64,000 nucleotides of DNA from Kiritimatiellia bacterium (GTDB taxonomy: Bacteria; Verrucomicrobiota; Kiritimatiellia; RFP12; UBA1067): contig JBMNFY010000017.1 of NCBI GenBank assembly GCA_050949565.1, forward strand, positions 1,632,001 to 1,696,000, written 5' to 3'. Position numbers and translations under genes: made by a program. Below, piece after piece: positions 27,086 through 34,929 of the stretch (position 1 is its first letter; each line of letters begins with the position of its first letter). The notes under the pieces were generated by a model, which had not been told where the DNA came from, made no database searches, and saw nothing but the letters and a program-made list of their open reading frames with translations.

Positions 27086-27262
27086 GACAACTAAGGGACA
27101 GGTATTTTGAACCAAAAGGTTGTGTTTCCGATCACCGGTTTTAAGGTTCGATTCAAACGCTTTTATCTCTGATCCTCTGCTCATATGATTCTCTCACCCA
27201 ACGTTGCTCCTCACCAAACACCGCCTACCCTCCGGAGTTTTTAAAATACCTGTCCCTTAGTT
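27086..27262. mobile_element. MITE/REPIN-like unit bounded by inverted copies of the RAYT-island motif
   Basis: AACTAAGGGACAGGTATTTT (27089-27108) ... AAAATACCTGTCCCTTAGTT (27243-27262), perfect 20-bp inverted ends. Confidence 0.7.
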
Positions 27263-27321
27263 AGTAGTTAGTTAGTAGTTAGTTCAGTTGGTTGTCCGTT
27301 AGTTTTTGTGGGAAATGTTTG

Positions 27322-27364
27322 TTGACACCCATTCCATACTTTTCGATCATGCTTCCATACTTTT
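27322..27364 (+). promoter_or_regulatory. Promoter/operator of the abrB-vapC module
   Basis: TTGACA at 27322; direct repeat TTCCATACTTTT at 27332-27343 and 27353-27364; GGAGG RBS. Confidence 0.6.
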
Positions 27365-27375
27365 GGAGGTGAAGT

Positions 27376-27600
27376 GTGTTGACTGCGACCGTTGCTGAAC
27401 GAGGGCAAGTGACGATTCCCAAGGCCTTGCGTGACCGTTTGGGTATCAAGCCGGCGACCGTGTTGGCGTTCAGTGTGAAAAATGGCGTTCTGACGGCTGT
27501 GAAAGTCGTGCCGAATGATCCCGTGGCCGATGTCACGGGATGTCTGGGGGCGGACAGGCGTACGGATGAATGGGTGGCTGAACTGCGAGGCGCACCGTGA
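27376..27600 (+). CDS. AbrB/MazE/SpoVT-family antitoxin (VapB-like)
   Basis: 'ATVAERGQVTIPKALRDRLGIKPATVL'. Confidence 0.9.
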   Translation: MLTATVAERGQVTIPKALRDRLGIKPATVLAFSVKNGVLTAVKVVPNDPVADVTGCLGADRRTDEWVAELRGAP

Positions 27601-27783
27601 TCACCGCTGTCGACACGAATGTGCTGTAACAAGACGCCGCGCAGTGATCGAGTGATCGCCGATTTTTTGGTCGCGGCTCATGCGGCCGAGTGCGCAGACC
27701 GTTTGTTGACGCGTGATCGCGGATTCTACCGCACACACTTCAAAGGGCTCTCCCTTGTCGATCCACTGCGTTTGAGCGACTAA
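27597..27783 (+). pseudogene. vapC: PIN-domain VapC toxin remnant with internal deletion
   Basis: GTG start overlaps the antitoxin stop; MITAVDTNVL* then, in another frame, RVIADFLVAAHA..ADRLLTRDRGFYRTHF..*. Confidence 0.85.
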
Positions 27784-27800
27784 ATATCTGCCCCTTAGTC
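27781..27800. repeat. Degenerate RAYT-island motif
   Basis: TAAATATCTGCCCCTTAGTC, overlapping the vapC stop codon. Confidence 0.7.
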
Positions 27801-27837
27801 GTGGTTCCGGTTGTGGTCTGCCGCACCGCCACTGCTA

Positions 27838-28848
27838 CTATGCGCAAGGAAGCTGAACCGGCGCGATGCGGAGCGCGCGTGCCGTCCGCAACTCGCCCCA
27901 TTCGGCGAAACGCATCCTGCGCGCGCCGTCCTTGCGCTTCGGGCCGAAGAGCCGCCGGTTCTGTTCGAACACCCCGTCGACAAACGCCCTGCTGCCCAAT
28001 GCCATCCCGTCCGTGAAGTAGCGTACCCGGCAGTGCAGCACCTGCGGGAGCGTCAGCCTCCCGCCCTCATCGAGCACGTGCGCCACCTCCGCCGCACTGA
28101 ACCCGGGCCGGACGACCTGCCCGCTCTCCTCGACCGCGCGCCGTTCCTCCCCGGCTACGTAGAGCAGCTCACGGCAACTCTTCTGAACCTGCCGCCACTC
28201 GCCAACCCCCGCGCCGTGGACCGCCGCCAGTCCTTCACGCGCCAGTCTGCCGCCCGCGCATGCCTCGCCGTAGCCGCCCCAGCGGTAATCCTTGGGATCC
28301 ACGACAATCCCCGCGCGCACCGGGTTCAGGTCGATATACGCCGCCACCGCCGCCAGCGCCCCCATGGCGCCCTCGATCAGCACGCTTTTGAAGCGGTCTT
28401 CCCAAAGCGTCCCTTTGCGCCCGTGGCGGCCGTTGTAGGACATGCTGTAGCGTTGCTTGAGCGTCTTCACGAACGCGCTCAGGTCGTACATCCGCGCCCG
28501 CAGCCGCTCCTGCTGCTCCTCGACCAAGTGCGCCAGCCCCATCCGCCGCCACTCCGCCCACTGCCGCTGGACGCCCGCGACATGCTTCTTGCCGTAGAGC
28601 AGCGTCATGCGCCGTACCAGTTCAGCCTCGTCCACCTCAGTCCGCTCACCCACCTCGACCAGCAGGTGGAAGTGGTTCGACATCACTGCATAGGTTAGTA
28701 CCCGCACCCCGCAGAACGCCTCCGCGCGCCGCATGATCCCGCGGAAAATCTCTTTCTCCACATCATCCATCTTGAACGCCCGATCCACGATCCGGCTCAC
28801 CACGTGGTAATACCCCGTACCCTCAGCCTTCACCCTCGCCTGCCGCAT
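27838..28848 (-). mobile_element. HUH Y1 transposase, REP-associated tyrosine transposase (RAYT)-type with C-terminal extension
   Basis: MRQAR..YYHVVSR, HUH motif NHFHLL, GTLWEDRFKS, catalytic Tyr in AYIDLNPVRAG, DYRW; AAGGAGG RBS before ATG 28848. Confidence 0.9.
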
Positions 28849-29077
28849 GCCTTCCTCCTTCCCGTTCGAACCCCATACCCACATCCGCTCCCATCGGAGC
28901 CTCGCCCTGCCCGTCCGGCCGCGCACCCCCCAAAAAGCTCTCTCAGACAAAAACGTCCGAAAAGCACCGTCAAAAAAACACGCTTCCATTCCCAGAAGCA
29001 CCTCGGCGCTGCCCCGAGCACAGAACACCGTACACTTTACCACCTTCCGCATCTGAGCTACAAGCCTCATTTCTACT

Positions 29078-29225
29078 AAATACCTGTCCCTTAGTTGCAG
29101 AAGAGCCGCCGGTTCCGTTCGAACTCCCCGTCGACAAACGCCTTGCCGCCCAAGCACCATCCCGTCCGTGAAGTAGCGCACTCGGCAGCGCAACACCTAG
29201 TTACAAAATACCTGTCCCTTAGTTG
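29078..29225. repeat. Two identical 20-bp direct repeats enclosing a RAYT gene fragment
   Basis: AAATACCTGTCCCTTAGTTG at 29078-29097 and 29206-29225; 29100-29198 aligns to 27946-28043. Confidence 0.92.
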
Positions 29226-29318
29226 AAATTGTCGAGACTTGGCAAGATGAAACCAAGTACGTATACTGGTGCTCTTACTGTCTGGATTAGCCATTCTGTA
29301 AGCCGATACGACACAACC

Positions 29319-30203
29319 ATGACCTTTTTCGAAAAACTTCAGAGCGGTCACCCGACCATTTCGTTTGAATTCTTTCCGCCCAAGACGCCGGAAGGCTGGG
29401 CGCGGCTGTATGCGACGCTGGCCGAAACCGCACGTCTGAACGTGGATTTGGTCTCGGTGACTTACGGTGCTGGCGGCAGTACGCGCGAAAACACCGTGGA
29501 CTTGGTGGCGTCGTTGCAGAACAATCTGGGGTTGCACGCCATGGCGCATCTCACTTGCCTCGGCCATTCGCAGGTGGATCTCTCCAGAATCCTCGACCGG
29601 CTGGCGGAAAAGAACGTGCCGGCCATCATGGCTCTGCGCGGCGACCCGCCGCAGGGGGAGAGCAGTTTCCGCCCGCATCCGTATGGATTCGCCTATGCCA
29701 GCGACCTGATTGGCTTCATCCGTGATGGCTGGCCGCAGTTCAAGATCGGTTGCGCCGCCTACCCAGAGGGCCACCCAGAATCTTTTGCGGAGGGCCAGCC
29801 GCGTTCGCCGGCGCGCGACATCACCTTCTTGAAGCGCAAGCAGGAGAACGGCGCGGACTTTGCGGTCACACAGCTCTTTTTCAGTAACTCGGCTTACCAT
29901 GACTTTGTTGCGCAAGCTCGTGATGCGGGGGTCACGATCCCGCTGCTGCCCGGCATCATGCCGCTGAGTTCGGCCAAGCAGATCGAACGCTTTGTCGAGC
30001 TTTCCGGTTGCTCGATCCCGGACGCCCTGCGGCAGGCGGCCGCCGCCGAGGATGTCGAAGAGGCCGGTTTCTGTTTTGCGCTCGATCAATGTCGCGACCT
30101 GCTGGCGCATGGTGCGCCGGGCATCCATCTCTACACACTCAATCAGTCCTCGCTCTCCGGCCGTATCTTCGCTGCGCTGCGTGCGGAAAATGCCGGTTTG
30201 TAA
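29319..30203 (+). CDS. metF: Methylenetetrahydrofolate reductase
   Basis: 'ISFEFFPPKT','SVTYGAGGST','AHLTC','ALRGDPP','AAYPEGHPE','TQLFF','GIHLYTLN'. Confidence 0.96.
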   Translation: MTFFEKLQSGHPTISFEFFPPKTPEGWARLYATLAETARLNVDLVSVTYGAGGSTRENTVDLVASLQNNLGLHAMAHLTCLGHSQVDLSRILDRLAEKNVPAIMALRGDPPQGESSFRPHPYGFAYASDLIGFIRDGWPQFKIGCAAYPEGHPESFAEGQPRSPARDITFLKRKQENGADFAVTQLFFSNSAYHDFVAQARDAGVTIPLLPGIMPLSSAKQIERFVELSGCSIPDALRQAAAAEDVEEAGFCFALDQCRDLLAHGAPGIHLYTLNQSSLSGRIFAALRAENAGL

Positions 30204-30275
30204 AAAATTGTGTGCGTCACGATGTGCGTGATGTGGTAACCTCGTGGAAAACTCTTCAGCAACAGGGTATTGTGC

Positions 30276-31262
30276 ATGCGTGTTGTCTTTATGGGATCTT
30301 CGGACGCGTCGGCGGTCACCTTGCGCGCGCTGCTGCGCGCGCCGCAGGTGAACGTGGTCGGCGTCGTGACCCAGCCGGACCGTCCTTCGGGCCGGCGGCA
30401 ACGCTTCACACCCTGTCCCTGCAAGGCGTTCGCGGTTGAGAGGCAAGTCGAGCCGATCATCACGCCCGAGAAGGTCAATGCGCCCGAAGTCTTGGAGCAA
30501 CTCGAGCAACTCAAGCCTGACGTGATCGTTGTGGTCGCCTTCGGCCAGTTCCTTGGCCGACGGTTGCTGGCGTTGCCGCCGCACGGCTGCATCAACGGCC
30601 ACTTCTCGCTGTTGCCCAAGTATCGGGGCGCCGCGCCGGTTCAGGCGGCCATCGCTTCGGGCGACGAGGTCACCGGCGTAACCGTTATGCAGATGGCGGA
30701 GGGCATGGATGACGGCGACATTCTGCTCAAGGCCATCGAGCCGATCTGCTCGGACGATACTGCGGTCACCCTGATGGAGCGCCTCGCGATCCTCAGCGCC
30801 GTCACGATCGTTAAGGCACTGCGCTTGATGATCGCTGGTACGTTGCCGCGCGAACCGCAGGACCACTCGCAAGCGACCTACGCCCCAAAGATGCGCAAGG
30901 CCGACGGCCAGATCGACTGGTCGTTCCCGGCCAGACTCATCGAACGGTGCACCCGCGCTTTCGAGCCATGGCCCGGTGCGTTCACGTTCTTGCCAGTACG
31001 TATCGACAAGACGGGTGCGCCGGAGCGCATCAAGATCTTGCAGGCGGAGATGGTGAGTAATGAGGAGGTGCCCGGGTTTGAGCAGGCTGCGCCCGGCACG
31101 GTCTGTCTGCTCTCACCGACTGGCCCGGTCGTTGCCACCGGCAACGGCCTGTTGCGTCTGACGGCATTGCAGCCCGACGGCAGCCGCCGCATGGACGGGA
31201 AATCCTTTTTGAACGGCCACCCCATGGAGCCGGGTGACCGCTTTTGTAGTGTGCCGCTGTGA
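30276..31262 (+). CDS. fmt: Methionyl-tRNA formyltransferase
   Basis: 'MRVVFMGS','VVTQPDRP','VVAFGQ','INGHFSLLPKYRGAAPVQ','ATYAPK..IDW'. Confidence 0.96.
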   Translation: MRVVFMGSSDASAVTLRALLRAPQVNVVGVVTQPDRPSGRRQRFTPCPCKAFAVERQVEPIITPEKVNAPEVLEQLEQLKPDVIVVVAFGQFLGRRLLALPPHGCINGHFSLLPKYRGAAPVQAAIASGDEVTGVTVMQMAEGMDDGDILLKAIEPICSDDTAVTLMERLAILSAVTIVKALRLMIAGTLPREPQDHSQATYAPKMRKADGQIDWSFPARLIERCTRAFEPWPGAFTFLPVRIDKTGAPERIKILQAEMVSNEEVPGFEQAAPGTVCLLSPTGPVVATGNGLLRLTALQPDGSRRMDGKSFLNGHPMEPGDRFCSVPL

Positions 31263-31314
31263 GTGCGCGGTGTATGATGACGCTTACTACAACCGAATTA
31301 CGAAGAGAGACAAG

Positions 31315-32664
31315 ATGAAAAAAATACGCATTGAGGCTGTTTTGGTTTCCGTCCTGGGCGCGATTCTGCTAATCAGCGGTTGCGTCACAAATCCCATTAC
31401 CGGCAAACAGCAGTTCAGCCTGTTGCAGGGCGAGAGCGGCAAGAGCCAGCTCATCTCGCTCACCAAGCAGGCGGCACCGTCGCAATTTGCGTCGGACTAT
31501 GGCGAGGTAAGTGATGCGCAGGTTGTCGCCTACGTCAATCAGGTCGGGCGCAAGCTGGTCGCCACCCTCACGCCCGCCGATACCGTCTTTCCGGACATGC
31601 CCTTCAACTTCCATGTGGTCAACGCGGTCTACGTCAACGCCTACGCCTTTCCGGACGGCACGATCGCCATCACGCGCGGCATGTTGGCCGAAATGGAGAA
31701 CGAAGCGCAACTCGCGGCGGTGTTGGGCCATGAGATCGCCCACGTCAACTGCGGCCACACGGCCTCGGCCATGAGCAAGAGTACCGTCTACGACATGTTG
31801 ATTACCGGCACACAGGGATACCTCGCCAGTCAGGGCAGTTCATGGGCGGATCTCGCGGGCACGGCCGGCCAGCTCGGCAGCGCCGTGGTGCTGGCCAGCT
31901 ACAGCCGTGCACAGGAGCGCGAGGCCGACGAGGGCGGCATGCTCTACATGGTGCGCGCCGGCTATGACCCGCAGGGCATGGTGCAATTGCAGCAGTTGCT
32001 GGTACGGCTCAGCGGTGCCAATCCTTCCGCGCTCGAGCAGATGTTCTCCACGCACCCGATGAGCACCGAGCGCTTGCAGACGGCGCAGGAGCGCGCCCGC
32101 ACGCAGTACGCCGGCCAGAACAGCGGCGTGCTGAACCGCGAAGCCTACCTCGCTGCGACCGCCTCGATCCGAAAAAACAAGGAGGCGTTCAAGAGCTTCG
32201 CCGCCGCCGAGGCGCAACTCGCCCGCAAGCAGTACGCTGCGGCCAAGGCCTCGGCCGAGCAGGGTCTGCGCCTCGCGCCCAACGATTATGTTGGCCTGAT
32301 GCTGGTGGCGCGGGCTCACCAAGGAGCCGGCAACACCGCTGCTGCGCAGCAGGTCGCTGCGCAGGCCGCGCGTCTCTATCCCTCCGGGGCGCGTGCGCAG
32401 AGCGTGCTCGCCCAGTGCGCGTTTCAGCGCAAAGACTACACCGGAGCATTGCAGCACCTCAACGCCTTCGAGCGTCAGGTGCCGGGTGAAGCCGCTACCG
32501 CCTTTTACAAGGGACTGGCCTATGACGCACAAGGACAGCACCCGCAGGCTAAGCAGGCCTATTCTGCCTTTGTGCGCCGCAGCGGCACCGGTTCGAATCA
32601 AGGCCGCTACGCCGCGCAGCGCTTGCAGCAGTTGCAGCCCGCCGCGCCGACGCAGCGTCGCTAA
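31315..32664 (+). CDS. M48-family metalloprotease lipoprotein with TPR repeats (BepA/YfgC-like)
   Basis: 'GCVTNPITGK','VNAYAFPDG','LGHEIAH' (HExxH),'YSRAQEREAD','STHP'; C-terminal TPR-like helices. Confidence 0.9.
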   Translation: MKKIRIEAVLVSVLGAILLISGCVTNPITGKQQFSLLQGESGKSQLISLTKQAAPSQFASDYGEVSDAQVVAYVNQVGRKLVATLTPADTVFPDMPFNFHVVNAVYVNAYAFPDGTIAITRGMLAEMENEAQLAAVLGHEIAHVNCGHTASAMSKSTVYDMLITGTQGYLASQGSSWADLAGTAGQLGSAVVLASYSRAQEREADEGGMLYMVRAGYDPQGMVQLQQLLVRLSGANPSALEQMFSTHPMSTERLQTAQERARTQYAGQNSGVLNREAYLAATASIRKNKEAFKSFAAAEAQLARKQYAAAKASAEQGLRLAPNDYVGLMLVARAHQGAGNTAAAQQVAAQAARLYPSGARAQSVLAQCAFQRKDYTGALQHLNAFERQVPGEAATAFYKGLAYDAQGQHPQAKQAYSAFVRRSGTGSNQGRYAAQRLQQLQPAAPTQRR

Positions 32665-34037
32665 TCGCGCATGCCGTATTTGCGGATCAGGCGCTGGAGG
32701 TAGGCGCGTTCGATGCCGGCTTCACGGGCGGAACGCGAGATGTTCTGCTTGTTGCGGGCGAGCAGGTCGTTGAGGTAGGTTCGCTCGAACTCCTCGATCA
32801 GGTCGTTCTTCGCGTCCTTGAAGGGACGGTCGGTCACGAAGTTGACCTCGGGCTCGGCAGATCTGCGTCCGGCGCGTAGGCTACCGAGGCTGAGGAAGGC
32901 GCTGAGGTCCACGGGGCGGCGTTCGCTGTAGAAGGCCAGCTCGATCAGGTTGCGCAGCTCACGCACATTGCCGGGCCATTCGTGGCGCTTGAGGACGTCC
33001 ATGGTGCTGTCGAAGTCTGCGAGTTGGTTGATGGCGTCCTCGCCGTGTAGGTCGGTGAGGAACTTTTTGACCAGTAGCGGCACGTCCTCGCGGCGGCGGC
33101 GCAGCGGGGGCAACTCAAGATGGACCACTGAGAGGCGGTAGTAGAGGTCTTCGCGGAAGCGGCCTTCGTTGACCTCGTTGGCGAGGTTGCGGTTGGTGGC
33201 GGAGATGATGCGGACATCGATCTTGCGCACCTTGTTGCAGCCGACGCGCTTGATCTCGCGCTTTTCGAGCACGCGCAGCAGCTTAGGCTGGAGGTCGGGC
33301 GAGAGGTCGCCGATCTCATCGAGGAAGACGGTGCCGCCGTCGGCCAGCTCGAAGGCGCCCTGACGGTCGGCGTTGGCGCCGGTGAAGGCACCTTTGACGT
33401 GACCGAAGAGTTCGCTTTCGATCAGTTCCTTGGAGATGGCAGCGCAGTCGATGACGATAAAGGGCTTGTCGCGCCGACTGGAGTGGTTGTGGATCTCCTC
33501 GGCCAGAATCTCCTTGCCGGTGCCGGTCTCGCCGGTGATCATGACGGTCACGTCGGCGGGGGAGTAGGTCTCGGCCAGATAGAAGATGCGGCGCATCGGC
33601 ACCGAACGGCCGAGCATGGCGCCGAAAGCCTCGTTACGCGAAAGCGGGATGTCAGCGGCCTCTTGGAGCGGGCAGAAGACGATGCGGGTCTTGCCAAGCT
33701 GGATTTCGGAGCCCGGGGCGAGGTGGGCGGAGGAGACGCGTACGCCTTGGACAAAAGTGCCGTTGGTGCTGTCGCGGTCACGGATCAGGTAGCCGGACTG
33801 CTCGACCACAATTTCGCAATGGCGCTTGGAGACGGTGGAGTCTTCGATAATCAGGTCGTTGTGATTGCCGGAGCCGATCGTGAAGGTGTCACGGTTCAGG
33901 ACAAACTCCCGTCCCTGCAGCGGGCCGCTGATCACCAGTAGCTTGGTGCGGCGGACGCGGAAAAGGTTCTCTTGGTTTTCGCCGTCAGCGAGTACGAGGG
34001 TCCCGGAGGCGACGTTGTTGGTTCGGTCCTCAGCCAT
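32661..34037 (-). CDS. FHA-domain sigma54-dependent transcriptional activator
   Basis: FHA motifs ([15 protein letters not shown]), [31 protein letters not shown], Fis-type HTH. Confidence 0.93.
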   Translation of the reverse strand: MAEDRTNNVASGTLVLADGENQENLFRVRRTKLLVISGPLQGREFVLNRDTFTIGSGNHNDLIIEDSTVSKRHCEIVVEQSGYLIRDRDSTNGTFVQGVRVSSAHLAPGSEIQLGKTRIVFCPLQEAADIPLSRNEAFGAMLGRSVPMRRIFYLAETYSPADVTVMITGETGTGKEILAEEIHNHSSRRDKPFIVIDCAAISKELIESELFGHVKGAFTGANADRQGAFELADGGTVFLDEIGDLSPDLQPKLLRVLEKREIKRVGCNKVRKIDVRIISATNRNLANEVNEGRFREDLYYRLSVVHLELPPLRRRREDVPLLVKKFLTDLHGEDAINQLADFDSTMDVLKRHEWPGNVRELRNLIELAFYSERRPVDLSAFLSLGSLRAGRRSAEPEVNFVTDRPFKDAKNDLIEEFERTYLNDLLARNKQNISRSAREAGIERAYLQRLIRKYGMRD

Positions 34038-34209
34038 AAGTGTGTCCACTATAACGCATGCCTACGGGAGTATGCAACCCGAAAGGCGCGGCGCGCGGAG
34101 TTTTTTCGAAATTTTTTAACGCAGAGACGCAGAGGCGCAGAGATTTTTTATGGGGTGGCGGCGTGAGCGCAAGCGCGACGAAAGAATTACGTTTTTTTTC
34201 AAAATGGCC

Positions 34210-34239
34210 TTGCCCGTCCGGTTTATCTCGTGCTACCAT
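34210..34239 (+). promoter_or_regulatory. Putative extended -10 sigma70 promoter of the surface-protein operon
   Basis: TTGCCC-18 bp-TACCAT with TGn extension. Confidence 0.4.
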
Positions 34240-34318
34240 CGAAAAATGACGGGGCTGTATGCACATCAATTTTAGCGGAGTGAGGCAGACGCCTTGATTT
34301 GACCTGAAAGAGACGGTT

Positions 34319-34867
34319 ATGGTTGGGTTTTTGAGTGGAAAACGCATGACAGGTGCTACCGAGCGGGCGGTTTGCGCGGGCAAGGCCCGAACTGTGTCAA
34401 TGCTTTTCGTGTGCTTGCTAACGGTGATGGCGGGCTGCAAGCGCCGCGCCGGACAGGGCGAGGGGCAGGGGGAGCAGAGCACCGAACCCGTTCTTGAGAC
34501 CGTCATCACCAATCGCATGCAGGACCCCGTTTACGTCAAAGCGTTGGTCGAGAGCCGCCGTGAACAGACCCAGGCGGCAGCGGCACGCTCGGTGGTGGTC
34601 GAGAAGATGGAGGCGATGATTGCGGAAGCCCGCGCGTCGCTACCGCCCGGAGCCGATGACGAGGCAGTTAAAAAAGAATTGGCGAAGCGTCCCGAGTGGA
34701 AGACGCTTGAGGCTGAGAACGAGCGCGCAATGGCCGAGATCAAGAAAGCGATGCAGGCAGCGCGGGAAAAGGTCCGCCGACGCATGGAGGCTGAGGCGCG
34801 CGACGTGAAGGCGGTGGCGGAAGGCCGGGCGGTTCCGGCGACGCCACAGGGGCAACAAAAGGAGTAG
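34319..34867 (+). CDS. Hypothetical helical lipoprotein (start uncertain)
   Basis: MAGC lipobox, coiled-coil character; first gene of the operon. Confidence 0.65.
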   Translation: MVGFLSGKRMTGATERAVCAGKARTVSMLFVCLLTVMAGCKRRAGQGEGQGEQSTEPVLETVITNRMQDPVYVKALVESRREQTQAAAARSVVVEKMEAMIAEARASLPPGADDEAVKKELAKRPEWKTLEAENERAMAEIKKAMQAAREKVRRRMEAEARDVKAVAEGRAVPATPQGQQKE

Positions 34868-34929
34868 GTTTTCTGCGCCGGGCGGTTCCGGACGACGTTT
34901 GATTTACGTTGAGAATCAGGAGAATACGC

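Noticed and set aside
27140-27160. tRNA T-arm-like GGTTCGATTC
   Set aside because: No pairing T-stem or cloverleaf around it.
28849-29196. N-terminal extension of the 452-aa ORF call
   Set aside because: It runs through the repeat and the gene fragment. The real start is ATG 28848, with a strong RBS and the canonical MRxAR start.
27946-29198. RAYT gene segment and its upstream copy as a DGR VR/TR pair
   Set aside because: Differences are not confined to adenines of one copy (both directions, plus C/T changes and an indel), and no reverse transcriptase is in the window.
29078-29225. CRISPR array
   Set aside because: Only two adjacent repeats, a 108-bp spacer, irregular spacing of the other copies and no cas genes.
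29230-29295. SAM riboswitch upstream of metF (GAGACTTGGC..AAACC..GGTGCT)
   Set aside because: It lacks the AUCxAGAG 5' strand and the GCAACC core, so it is not supportable by eye. An Infernal/Rfam scan would settle it.
34155-34170. Sigma54 -24/-12 promoter (TGGCGGCGTGAGCGCA)
   Set aside because: Only GG-N10-GC matches; this is expected by chance in GC-rich DNA.
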